Assembly: GCF_009914755.1 (NCBI RefSeq)
Contig: NC_060948.1
Source: the human T2T-CHM13v2.0 reference genome, Homo sapiens
DNA: 64,000 bases
Direction: 5' to 3' (one strand)
A program made the position numbers and the translations under genes. Positions 43,342 to 56,069 of this stretch are shown here, one piece after another (position 1 is the first letter of the stretch; every line of letters starts with the position of its first letter). The notes beneath the pieces are model-generated. The model was not told where the DNA came from. It did no database searches and saw only the letters and a program-made list of their open reading frames with translations.

Positions 43342-43603
43342 GGCCGGATGTGGTAGCTCACACCTGTAATCCCCGTACTTTGGGAGGCTGAGGTGGGAGG
43401 ATCACCTGAGCCCAGGAGTTTAAGGCCAGCCGGGGCAATATAGCAAGACCCAAAAACAACAAAATTAGGCAAGCATGCTGGCACATGCTGGTAGTTCCAG
43501 CTTCTTGGTAGGCTGAGGTGGGGGGATCACTTCAGTCCAGGATGTTGAGGCTGCAGTGAGCCATAATCGTGCCACTGCCCTCTAGCCTGGATGACAGAGT
43601 AAG
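43342..43603 (+). mobile_element. AluJ lacking its terminal nucleotides and own tail
   Basis: ggaggatcacctgagcccaggagtt; ends at gatgacagagtaag. Confidence 0.9.
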
Positions 43604-43842
43604 AACACATGGACATAGGAAGGGGAACATCACACACCGAAGCCTGTTGTGGTGTGGGGAGAGGGGGGAGGGATAGCATTAGGAGATATATCTAATGTTA
43701 AATGACAAGTTAATGGGTGCAGCACACCAGCATGGCACATGTATACATAGGTAACAAACCTGCACATTGTGCACATGTACCCTAAAACTTAAAGTATAAT
43801 AAAAAATAAAAATAAAAAATAAAATAAAATAAAAATAAGAAA
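43604..43842 (+). mobile_element. L1PA3/4-like 3' terminal fragment
   Basis: acacatggacataggaaggggaacatcacac...accctaaaacttaaagtataat plus (AAAAT)n tail. Confidence 0.93.
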
Positions 43843-44869
43843 TAAATGGGTGAATTGTGTGGTATGCAAATTATATCCCAAAATAGCTGTTTCAAAAAAA
43901 AACATAATGAGCCTTTCTTCTCCTCTGTCCATACTAGTTACTGAGCCCTATCTGTCTCTGGACATCAGACGCCACATCTCTCCTCCTAGGTGCTCTCACA
44001 CACTGCAATTTTCTGCCACAAACCACAAAACTGCCTAGGATTGCCAAATGTATGCTCATTTATACATAATTTACACTCCATGTACTTCCACATAGAATCA
44101 AAGGATTTGATGTGGCTTATAATAAAATCACATGAACATACGGTTGCTAAAACTAAGTGTCAAGAAACACCACAAAGCAGGTATGAAAAAAGAGAGACAA
44201 TTTTTTTCTGGAGCCTAAAGAAATTCTCATCATAATCTTCTAAGCCTCCTAAAACTACAAACCTGAAAATCCCCTGGTTCTTCCCATATTATTGAGGTTT
44301 ACAGATGTTTCCTTGAGATATCAAGGACACTGTGCTTCCCATTGCAAAATGTTTAAAATTTCCGCAAAGCTGACCTGTATATTTACATAGTAAAAAATAT
44401 TTAACACCCTTTATGTCCTTCCCTGGAATAAAATCTCACAACTCCCTCTAACTTGTGGAATTAAATGCAAGTTCATGCAAGAAATGAATTCCAAATGAAT
44501 CTTGGAAATTATCAATGATTTAACTTTAATCATTAAAGTTAAAAACTTTTAATATCTTAAAAGTTATTAAACATGCCTTCATGTCGCAGCTGTGAATCTT
44601 CTTGTTACAAAATTATCAATGATTTATAACAATGCATCTTGAAAGTTATTTAATGCATGCCTTCATGTTGCAGCTGAAAAAAAATGATGCCAACAGAAAT
44701 GACTTTCATAAAGACAGATAGCTAACAAAATACAGAGCAGAGATATCAGCCTGGATCTACCACACTTTCACTACATCCTTGTGAGTTATTTCAACTTGAC
44801 ACCAAACATTTTCTAACTTGAGTGAAGACTACATTAGAAATAATGCTTAAAGAGCATTTAAAAGCAAAT

Positions 44870-45040
44870 TCAATTATGTTATTTGTGTCCATTTACGGGG
44901 TACAATGCAATTTTCTTACAGGCATAGATTGCATAGTGGTGAAGTCAAGGCTTTTAGGGCATCCATCATGTGAGTAATGTACTTCGCACCCATTAAGTCA
45001 TTTCTCATGCATCCTATCTTCCCACTCCTTCACCTTTCTC
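44870..45040 (-). mobile_element. L1MA 3' fragment
   Basis: gcatagattgcatagtggtgaagtcaaggcttttag, homologous to about 39560-39630. Confidence 0.7.
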
Positions 45041-45167
45041 AGCACTTGTCATCATAGCTAACAATTTAATTTTTGTTTAATGGAGATTGTTTGGTCAGTC
45101 CCAGGCATATAATAAGAAATATTTGTCCTAATTTTGATAATATAAAGCAGTCATGGTTTAAGACCTG

Positions 45168-45430
45168 CTTCTTAGTTTTTTCAGCTACTATAGCAGATTA
45201 TCATAAACTGAGTTGCTTATAAACAGAAATATATTGCTTACAGTTATAGAAGCTGGGAAGTCCAAGATCAAGGTGTGGCAGATTCAGTGTCTGGTGGGGA
45301 CCCACTTCCTGGTTCATAGATGGCACCTTCTTGCTGTGACGTCACATGGTGGAAGGAGTGAGGGAGCTCTCTGGGGTCCCTTTTATAAAGACACTAGTCC
45401 CATTCATGAGGCTACACCACCTTATGAGTC
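45168..45430 (-). mobile_element. MST/MLT1A LTR fragment
   Basis: gaagctgggaagtccaagatcaaggtgtggcagattcagtgtctggtg. Confidence 0.8.
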
Positions 45431-45499
45431 TCAGAGGACTCAACCATAACACCATACTTGGCCAATAACTTAGACTTATCTTTTGCTGGTGAGGGTACT

Positions 45500-45908
45500 A
45501 CTTTTGTTTGCTACAGTTGCTTCAAAGTTTCACAGACTTGGAGGCTTAAAAATCAGAAATATGTCTTTTTATGTATCTGAAGGCTGGAAATCTGAGATCA
45601 AGGTGTAGGCAGAGCTGGTTGCTCTTGAAACCTCTCACCTCAGCTTGCAGACATAATCTTTTCCATGTGTCTTCACGTGGTTGTCCCTCTATGTGTGCCT
45701 TTGTCATTTCCTTTTCTTATAAGGATACCAGTTCTATTGGATCAGGGCCCACTCTAGTGACCTCATTTTACTCTAAGTACCTCTTGAAAGACCCTGTGTT
45801 CAAATGCAGTCATTTCAGTCATAGCATCTTGAACCGTATCTTTAAATCAGGTCCTGGGGTTTAGGCTTCAATGTATAAATTTAGCAGGGACACAAGTCAG
45901 TCCATAAG
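45500..45908 (-). mobile_element. MLT1 LTR
   Basis: aggctggaaatctgagatcaaggtgtaggcagagctgg...gggacacaagtcagtccataa. Confidence 0.78.
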
Positions 45909-46415
45909 TGGTAGGTAGGGAGGTAGAGCAGTGAATGAACAGCGTTTCTACTGGAAATGCCCCAAGAAGAAAGGTGATGTTTGCCATTGTCCTTCTAGGT
46001 CACCTCTCCTAGATTCTAGCACCTTTCTGTGGTCACACCAACTGATGGGCTAGAGAGTCACCAGTTACAAGCTAGATAAATGCTGTACTTAGACCAGGTC
46101 TTTATGATACAAAATAATAGACGACTGTGGATGTTTAAATTATTGTGTCCAACCTCTACATGGTCTCCCACAATGAAAGTGATTCTGAGCCCTTTGAAGC
46201 TCCAGAATCCATGGCTAGACCTTCATGTAGGGATTGGTGTCATCCAATCAGATTTAGGAGAAAAGAGTGAGGTCCCTGCAGAAGAGGGACTGCAGCCTCC
46301 AATGCCTTCAGACTCAAGCTGCAACATCAGTCCTTCCCTGGGTCTCCAGCTTGCAGGTGGCTCTCATCCATTCTTTCTGACTGCTGTGTAATATTTCATA
46401 GTGTGAATAGTCAAT

Positions 46416-47002
46416 TGTAGGAATCAGAATTCAAAGATGGCTGCCAAGACTTTGGGCCCTGATGAGCACACAGATTGTTCAGTCAAACATGAATCTGGGT
46501 GTTACTGTGATGGGATTTTGCAGACATCGTTAATGTTCCAAATAAGTGGACCCTAAGAAAGGGAGCTTGACCTAATCACATGAGCTATCTAAACCTGGGC
46601 CTAGAGTCAGACACAGGGAAGTCAGACATCCAAAGTAGCAGTGAAATTCCCCTGATGACTTTGCAGATAAAAAAACTGCCATGTTGTGGAAAGGGCCATG
46701 GGGCCACTACCTGTAGAAGCTGAGAATGGCTCTGGCTAACAGCTAGAAACATGTTGGAGACACACTCCTTCAGCCTCTAGGAACTCAATTCTGCCAACAA
46801 CCAGGGAGCTGAGAAGAAGGCACCCAGCTTCAGATGACACTGCAACCCTGACAACACATGATTTCAGCCTGGGGAGACCCTCAGTAGAGAACTCAGCCAG
46901 GACATGTTCAGATATCTAATGTATAGCACTCTGAGATGATAAATGGGGATTGTTTCAAGCCACCAAGTTTATAATTTGTTATGTAGTAGTAAAAAATACA
47001 CA
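46416..47002 (+). mobile_element. MLT1E/F-type LTR
   Basis: tgtaggaatcagaattcaaagatggc...ttgttatgtagtagtaaaaaataca. Confidence 0.75.
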
Positions 47003-47008
47003 CAACCA

Positions 47009-47572
47009 ATGTGGTGATTCCTCAAAGATCTGGAACCAGAAATACCATTTGATCCAGCAATATCATTACTGGGTATATACCAAAAGGATCATAAATCATT
47101 CTGTTACAAAGATACATGTGTGCATATTACTATTCACAATAGCAAAGACATGGAATCAATCCAAATGCCCATCAATGATAGACTGAATAAAGAAAACATG
47201 GTACATATAAACCATGGAATACTATGCAGCCATGAAAAGGAATTGTCCTTTGCAGGGACATGGATGGAGCTGGAAGCCATTATCCTCAGCAAATGAATGC
47301 AGGAACAGAAAACCAAACATGGCATGTTCTCACAAGTGGGACAGAAACAATGAGAATGGACACAAGGAGGGGAACAATATATACTGGGAACTATTGGGGG
47401 AGCAGGGGGAGGGAGAGCACCAAGAAAAATAGTTAACACATGCTGGGCTTAATACCTAGGTGTTGGGTTGATAGGTGCGGCAAACCACCATGGCACACAT
47501 TTACCGATGTAACAAACCTGTACATCCTCCACATGTACCCTAGAAATCAAAATTAAAATTAAAATTAAAAAA
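47009..47572 (+). mobile_element. 5'-truncated L1PA (older, about PA10-13) 3' end
   Basis: tgtggtgattcctcaaagatctggaaccagaaataccatttga...gctgggcttaatacctagg. Confidence 0.9.
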
Positions 47573-47864
47573 GAGAAAATGCATAAAAGCATAAAAAAGT
47601 CTACCAGTCTGTCTGCTGGACCTATCTAATAAATCTAGTATTATAAGAAGATCCATAGATTTTTCAAGCCATCTAAGAGTATTTTGTAAATCATGGCTTG
47701 GTGCCCGAGACTATTGTGTTCTTTCAGAAGTTCAGATTTTGGCTTGTTATTTGATTGAGGAAAACTTCTACTATTCACCTGCTTTATATTGTTAATTTAG
47801 ACTTGAGTATCAGTAAAGTATATCAGTTTCTGAAGGGCATGTGGCATGTGAGGAAACTTTTTCT

Positions 47865-47983
47865 GCAGACATGAGATCTCATTACATTGCCTAGGTTGGT
47901 CACGAAATCCTGAGCTCAAGCGATCCTCCCACCTGAGTTTCCCAAAGTGTTGGGATTAGAGGCATGAACCAGTGCACCCAGCC
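47865..47983 (-). mobile_element. FLAM/Alu left-monomer fragment
   Basis: cctgagctcaagcgatcctcccacc...cccaaagtgttgggatta. Confidence 0.8.
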
Positions 47984-48164
47984 AAGATAACTTTTGAGGT
48001 GACTTATAAGAGGCTGTGGAAGAATTTTATTTTAGAATTGTCTATTTTATTTATTTCTGAATTATCACTATTATTATTATAATCATTATTATTTTGTATT
48101 TGGTAAGGTTATATTTGATTTTGTAAATATGTTTATATTCCATATGTTTTATAAAGGGAAAACT

Positions 48165-48462
48165 GGCTGGGCTCAGTGGCTCAAGCCTGTAATCCCAGAA
48201 CTTTCGGATGTCAAGGCAGGAGGATCACAAGGTCAGGAGATTGAGACCATCCCAGCCAACATGGTGAAACCCCGCCTCTACTAAAAATACAAAAAGAAAT
48301 TAGCTGGGCATCGTGATGGGTGCCTGTAGTCCCAGCTATTCAGGAGGCTGAGGCAGGAGAATGGCGTGAACTTGGGAGGCGGAGCTTGCAGTGAGTTGAG
48401 ATTGCACCACAGCACTCCAGCCTGGGCAACAGACTGAGACTCAGTCTCAAAAAAAAAAAAAA
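48165..48462 (+). mobile_element. Alu (AluY/Sc-like) with an AGAAGG-type tail extension
   Basis: gaatggcgtgaacttgggaggcggagcttgcag. Confidence 0.93.
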
Positions 48463-48606
48463 GAAGAAGTAGAAGGAGAAGGAGAAGGAGAAGATTACAA
48501 GAAAAAAAAAAATCAATGCTGCTAAAAGAGAATACATTGATGCTATGATGCTTAATCCTTATTTTTAATAAGTTACTTTTTGAATATTATTGCTGTCGTA
48601 CCTTCA

Positions 48607-48941
<335 letters not shown>

Positions 48942-49289
48942 TAAAATGTAGAAGAACACATAAAGTCAGCAGGGCCAGTTCACATGAAGTAATGCACCAA
49001 CCATTACCACTAAGACATCTCAAGACATAATCATAATATTAGCCAACAAATAGGACTTTTCACTAGTAGGATGCTTTCTTCATTTCTATGTGCAGGGGTA
49101 GAGAACATAGCCTTATGGTGTCTTCTAGTTCTCAAATTTCATCTGCAATTCCATACTTTAGCCAATGGGGAATTGCTAAAACATTTTGGAAATGAGAACT
49201 GGCAAGAGCAAAACAGCAATTTAGGAAGACTGATCTATGAAGATCCCATCAAATAACTTTGTGGATGGAGACAGTGGAGGGCATGGGGT

Positions 49290-49925
49290 CTACATCTGTT
49301 TTGTGTTGCTATAGCAGAATACTCAAGACTTGGGTAATTTATAAAAAACAGAAATTTATTCCTTCAGTTCTGGAAGCAGGAAAGTCAAAGATCAGGGTGA
49401 TGGCATCTTGCAAGGACCTTCTTGTGGCATTCTCCCATGGTGGAAGGGAGAAGAGCAAGAGAGGAACCAAGCTCCCTTTCTCTCATTTATTTTATTAATC
49501 TGCTCATAAAGATGAAGCCCTCATGACTTAAACATCTTCCAAAAGCCCCACCCCCAAGCACTGAAGATTAAGGGGTTTTGTTGTTGTTGTTTTGAGATAC
49601 TGTCTCACTCTGTCACCCAGGCTAGAGTGCAGTGGTGCTATCTCAGCTCACTGCAGCCTCTGACTCCTGGGTCCAAGCTATTCTCCTGCCTCAACCACCT
49701 GAGTAGCTGAGGTTACATGTATGAACCACCATGCCTGTAGTTTTTATATTTTTAGTAGAGATGGGGTTTCACCATGTTGTCCAGGCTGGTCTTGAACTCC
49801 TGACCTCAAGTGATCTGCCTGCCTCAGGCTCCCAAAGTGCTGAGATTACAGGCATGAGCCACTGTGCCCAGCCAGGATAAAGTTTTAACATATACATTTT
49901 GGGAGATACATTCAGACCATGGCAC
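49290..49925 (-). mobile_element. MST LTR split by an antisense AluS (49575-49874)
   Basis: ttgctatagcagaatactcaagacttggg...[Alu]...ggagatacattcagaccatggca. Confidence 0.85.
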
Positions 49926-50108
49926 AGGGTAACTTCTTAGAAATTGATCATGTGTGATCTTGACATTTCAAGTGTGGGCATCTGGACATAATTATTAGCA
50001 CTCAAAAATTATAAAGGGGATTGTCTGGTTTAAAGAAGTGTGGTCATCACCATTCATGTTTAGTTGAAGAATATTGAAAATATCAAAAATAATAATACAT
50101 TCTCACTA

Positions 50109-50380
50109 GGCTCATGTTTATAATCCCAGAACTTTGGTAGGCTGAACCAGGAGGATCATTTGAGACCAGGAATTTGAAGTCTGCCTGGAAAACACAGACA
50201 CCTAGTTTTTTAAAAAAGTTTTTTTAAAAAAAACTTATGAAGGAGTGGTGACATACACCTGTAGTTTTAGCTAGTTGAGAGGCTGAGGCCAGAGGATAGC
50301 TTGAGTTCTGGAGTTCCAGGCTGCACTGAACTATAATTGTGTCACTGCAATCTAGCCTGTTTCACAAGAAAAGAAACCCT
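50109..50380 (+). mobile_element. Highly diverged AluJ
   Basis: ggctcatgtttataatcccagaactttgg...ggagttccaggctgcactgaactat. Confidence 0.8.
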
Positions 50381-50528
50381 AATTTTATCAGCAAGGTCAA
50401 ACAATTTATTTAATTGTGGAAGCATACATAGTAATAATGAAGAAATAATCTAATCAGGACACAGTTTAATCAAACTCCTTAGATGTCTGGCTTCTTTAAA
50501 AAAATAACCTGAAGTGTACCCAAGTTTG

Positions 50529-50805
50529 ATTCTGGAAAATATGATACTTTCTTTTTATAAAAACAGGACTCAGATATCTCTTTATGTCAGAGATGGATGC
50601 CAAATATATCTAGAAAACAATATTTTGATGAGTTAGCTATAAATTTAAAAATAGAAATAAAATCATCTACTTATAACATTTTAAGAAAATCTGAAGAAAA
50701 TAGTTCTTTGCAAAATTTGTTTTGTGTTTGACAGAAGTGAAATGTTTGAATATATTTGGTTCACTCTAATCAGTAAGATTTAACAACTTCTATCATCTAG
50801 TACTA
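50529..50805 (+). repeat. Inverted duplication C, arm 1 (partner 51915-52179)
   Basis: gaaaacaatattttgatgagt and tatatttggttcactctaa occur as exact reverse complements in arm 2. Confidence 0.92.
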
Positions 50806-51341
50806 TTTTCCAAGAAAAACAAAATAATTTCATATTATCCAGGACAGCATTTTTCTAACATAAAAAGTCATAGGACTGCAGGTTAAAATTAAGCTTTTAC
50901 TTGAAATCTCTTATTCACATTTTTATTTCAGGTGTCTTCTGATATTCGTTTAAAAAATGTAAAGATGACAATGAGCATGAGTTTTTAAAATGCTAGTTAC
51001 AATAGTTGCAATCTTAACAAAATGGTCTGGGTTGGAATTATTTACTTCAGTAGAGACAATGAAATGATACAAGAATAATAGCTGAAGAAGTCTTAGATAT
51101 GGCTTGCTTTTCTATTTGATGTAGATGGAACCTGACCCTCAGAGACGCTCATGTCACCGCAGAGATAAGAAAAAAAAAGAATCACAAGCTTTTTCAATTC
51201 ATGCTACATCACTAAGTCACTCATGAATTACAATAATCCCCTCTTATCTTTAGTGTTACTTTCTGCAGTTTAACTTATCATGGCAGACTGAAGTCTGTAG
51301 ATATTAAATGGAATATTCCAGAAATAAACAATACATTTTAA

Positions 51342-51909
<568 letters not shown>

Positions 51910-51914
51910 TAAAC

Positions 51915-52179
51915 TAGGACCAGATGAATCGAAGGGGTTAAATCTCACTGTTTAGAGTGAACCAAATATACTCAAACACTTCACTTCTGCCAAACATAAA
52001 ACACATTTTGCAAAGAATGATTTCCTTCAGGTTCTCTTAAATTTTGCACTAGGGCCATTTTAGTTCTATGTTCTTACATTTAGAGTTACTCATCAAAATA
52101 TTGTTTTCCAGATATCTTTGATGTCCAAGAGACATTTGGGTTCTGTTTTTACAAAGGAGAACATCCCATTTTCCAGAAT
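51915..52179 (-). repeat. Inverted duplication C, arm 2
   Basis: Reverse complement aligns colinearly with 50529-50805. Confidence 0.92.
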
Positions 52180-52678
52180 TCATGCTACATCACTAAGTCA
52201 TTCATCTCACTTCATCTCATAATGTTCATTCTGTAGGCTTTTATCATTGCATATCATCACCGAAGAAAGGTGAGTAAAATGCAGTAAGAAATTTTGATGG
52301 AAAGAGACCACATTTATACAACTTTTATTATGTCATATTGCTATGATTGTTCTATTATGAGTTCTTGCAATTCATCTCTTAGTGTGCCTAATTTATAAAT
52401 TAAATTTCATCATGAGTTTATTTGTGTAGAAAAAACCTAGTATATGAAGGGTTTGGATACTATCCACACTTTAATGCATTCATTGGGGGTCTTGAAACAT
52501 ATGCCCCTGAAGACAAGAAAGAACTGTAGCACTGAAATACTCAAAAAGGCCAGTCACAGATGCTGAGTTTAACATTCATGTTCTTAGTCATGATATACTT
52601 AGTGAATCAACACTATTTCCATTTCAAATTCTACTGTTGAATTATTTGCCACTTTCGCCATTAAAAGTAATAGCAACA

Positions 52679-52972
52679 GGCCAGGTGCGGTGGCTCATGT
52701 TTCTAATCCCAGCACTTTGGGAGACCAAGACGGGTGGATCATGAGGTCAGGAGATCAAGACCATCCTGGCTACCACAGTGAAACCCTATCTCTACTAAAA
52801 ATACAAAAACTGAGCTGGGGGTGGTGGTGGGCACCTGTAGTCCCAGCTACTCAGGAGGCTGAGGCAGGAGAATGGCATGAACCTGGGAAGTGGAGCTTGC
52901 AGTGAGCCGAGATCACGCCACTGCCCACCAGGCTGGACAACAGAGCAAGACTCCGTCTCAGAGAAAAAAAAA
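52679..52972 (+). mobile_element. AluY
   Basis: TSD aaaagtaatagcaaca/aaaagtaattgcaaca. Confidence 0.94.
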
Positions 52973-52998
52973 AAAAGTAATTGCAACAACCGCAATGC

Positions 52999-53297
52999 CT
53001 TTTTTTTTTCCTTTTTTGAGATGAATTCTCATTCCATTGCCCAGGCTGGAGTGTAGTGACACAATCTCACTCACTGCAACCTCTACCTCCTGGCTTCAAG
53101 CAGTCTTCCAGCCTCAGCCTCCCAAGTAGCTGGGACTACAGACACACGACACCACACCCCAGCTAATTTTTGTATTTTTAGTAGAGACGGGGTTTCCCAT
53201 GATGGCCAGGCTTGTCTCGAACTTCCGAGTTCAGGTAATCCACCCATCTTGGCCTCCCAAAGCACGGGATTACAAGCCTAAGCCACAACTCCTGGCC
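52999..53297 (-). mobile_element. AluS
   Basis: TSD aacaaccgcaatg/aaaaactgcaatg. Confidence 0.93.
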
Positions 53298-53839
53298 AAA
53301 AACTGCAATGATTTTTGCAACAACCTAATAGTTTTTGTTCATCTCAAAACAAACTTCACACAATGGTTATAATTCCTAGATTTCAGTTCACTGTCTTCCT
53401 CAGCTTCCTCCCTTAGAACTCTATGGTTTTTAACCTAAATGTACTGCAGAAACCTAAGAGCTACAGAGAAAATAGCACTACATATTCTTTCAACAGCTCT
53501 TCTGGGCTTCCAATGAATAATGACTTTATACCAAAAAAATCATCTGAGTTTTTATGAAAAAGTTGGAAGGAAATGGAGAATGAGAAGATTGGTGACTTTT
53601 CATTTAAAATTTATTTCCTTGGAATGTTATGTGTTGCGAGAAATCTCAAATCCTGTTTTTTCAAGTGAAAAAAAGGGAGATAAGAGAAGTGGGGTGAAAA
53701 AAGACTTTAGAGAAGATAGAATCAGTGTCAGCCATATCTTCTTCCCCAGTGGAGAAGAAATCATCTCTTTTAAAATCCATGTGCTATAATGAGAACACAG
53801 GCCAGATTTTGTGTAGCAACACATTTTCTGGCCACATCA

Positions 53840-54025
53840 ATTCCACTTTTGAGACTTTGGGACTTGGGCTGAGCCACTATTGTCTTCCTACTTCCTCAAC
53901 TTGCAGATGGCCTATTGTGGAACCTCACCTTGTGATCGTGTGAGCCAATGCTCCTTCATAAACTCTCTTTTATATACACATAGATCCTATTAGGTTTGTC
54001 CCACTGGAGAACACTGACTAATACA
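53840..54025 (+). mobile_element. MLT2 LTR 3' fragment
   Basis: cttgcagatggcctattgtggaacctcaccttgtgatcgtgtgag...ggagaacactgactaataca. Confidence 0.85.
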
Positions 54026-54939
54026 CAAACCTACTTAGCAAAAAAAATAGTCTAGTTAAGAAAGCAGAACAGTGCATTATATAATGCAGATTACAAATGC
54101 TATTGACTGGCTTATGGTAGACTTTCATGTTAGTGGACTTTCAATGTACTATTTGAGGGCTTCCTGTTTTCCTGAACTTCTCCAAATATAAACACATCTT
54201 CAAACAAAGTGAATCTGTATTTGCTTCTTCCTAGGTAGTTAAAGAATCAGCGCTTTTCTCTGGAGTCAGTCTTCTTACTGACATTAATTCTTCATCTACT
54301 TTGTTATTTGCAGTGTGTCTGTAAACTTCATAAAGAGAGTGAATGTGTCATCCATGTGATCATTGTATTCTTGGCCCCAAGCAAAATGTCTATGGCAGAG
54401 AAGGTTCTCTGAAAACAGATTATTACAAAAATAAACAGAAAAGCCTTATAATATCCTGGTACTGAACTGAATTTAGGAATGCTAAGCCATCCTGCAGAAA
54501 ACATTAAATGAGTCTTAAAAAAATCTGCTGTAATGGAAATCCCAAAACTTTTCTTAGTTGTCCATTATGATAGAAACTTAATTCTCGATTTAATTCTCTC
54601 CCACATTATCCTGAGGTTTAGCCAGAGCTCATATTTCATAATGATGTCAAGTCATAAAGAAGAGACTGTATTATTACACACCCATTAACCAATTTAAACA
54701 CAGCTCTTTTATGATTAAAAACAGCTATCAACATAGCATTTGACTCTTACCTTTTAAGAAGAACCCATTGCATTTCATGGTGAACCCTCCTGAACCTAGT
54801 GGATTGTATGAGAAGCCCCTTTAGCCAGAAAAAGAAGTGAATTCTGGAGTCAAACATCTACAAAATGATGCTCTGTCCATTGGGAATTCTTCTTGTATTG
54901 TAGATACCTCTTTGTATGCATAGATAGAATGGTTGTATC

Positions 54940-55515
54940 TACAAACCTTAAAACAAAATTCTAAGTCCCCTCCCCTTGAGATCTGATTGGACTCTTCCTC
55001 TGGGCAAGCGCATTCCATTTTTCAGGAATAATCTGAAAAATGTGTTCAGGCCATGAAGGGGAAGTTGGGCATCCCTCATGATACCCTCCTCCATTTTGGA
55101 ATTACTGAAAGAACAGACTCTAATAAGGAACATTTACAGTTTATTCTCTGAAGCCTGTTACCTGGAGGCTTCCTCTGCATCATAAAACCTAGGTCTCCAC
55201 AGCCCCTGACCGTAACCCAGACATTCCTTTCTATCGATAATAATTCTTTCAACCAATTGCCAGTCGTAAAATCTTTAAATCTACCCATGACCTGGAAGTT
55301 CCCACTTCAAGTTGTCCTGCCATTCTGAACCGAACCAATGGACATCTGATACGTATTGATTAATTTCTCATGTCTCCCTAAAATGTATAAAACCAAGCTG
55401 TAGCCCGACCACCTTGGGCACACATTCTCAGGATCTCCTGAGGCATGCGCATCCTTAACCTTGGCAAAATAAACTTTCTAAATTGCTTGAAACCTGTCTC
55501 AGAAAATTTTCATTT
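54940..55515 (+). mobile_element. MER4-family (ERV1) solo LTR
   Basis: aaaattctaag...tctccctaaaatgtataaaaccaagctgtagcccgaccaccttgggcac...ggcaaaataaactt. Confidence 0.85.
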
Positions 55516-56069
55516 GCATATCCATGGATGGAAGTGGATTCAAATCCACATTAGTAACCAGAGGTGTGGATTGAGGTCAGGACTCTTGTTGGTTTCCATG
55601 AAGATCTCCTGCACCTTATCCCCCCTCTTTCCCCATCCTCCAATCCTAGGTTTCCTCTCTTCAATCTTTAGACATAGATTAGATTGTGTCATCTGCTCAC
55701 CTCTGGACAAATGATGGGAACACAACAAACTCTCTGGATTATTCCAAACAGAACATTCCCCAGAGCTGACATAGGGATGATGTGTGCATGTACATGTACA
55801 GGACTCCAGTAGGAAAAACAAAAGAATGGCTGATAAACAAAGCTCCTTCTCTCTAAAGTTATTTGGTTAGAGCACTTCATAACTATCTACTTTCCAGGGA
55901 ACTCCCAGGTAATTGAGGAGAACCCTTAGGGCCTTATTTAAAGAATTTAGATATTGTTGAACATGTGGGACATGGTTTAAGAGGAAAATGTGATATGAGT
56001 AATCACACATCTTATCTTGCTTTGGTTTAAGAAGTAGGATCCCCATAATTACTCATTTTCTATTCTGAA

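Larger units (their letters stand above)
42985..43900 (+). mobile_element. L1MB/MC 3' end split by an Alu-L1 composite
   Basis: tggatgaaccttgaaaacactaagctcagtgaaag...atactttaaatggg|tgaattgtgtggtatgcaaattatatccc. Confidence 0.85.
52655..53330. mobile_element. Partial MADE1 (Hsmar1 MITE) split by two Alus
   Basis: gccattaaaagtaatagcaaca|accgcaatg|atttttgcaacaacctaata reconstructs the MADE1 centre and right TIR plus TA. Confidence 0.75.
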
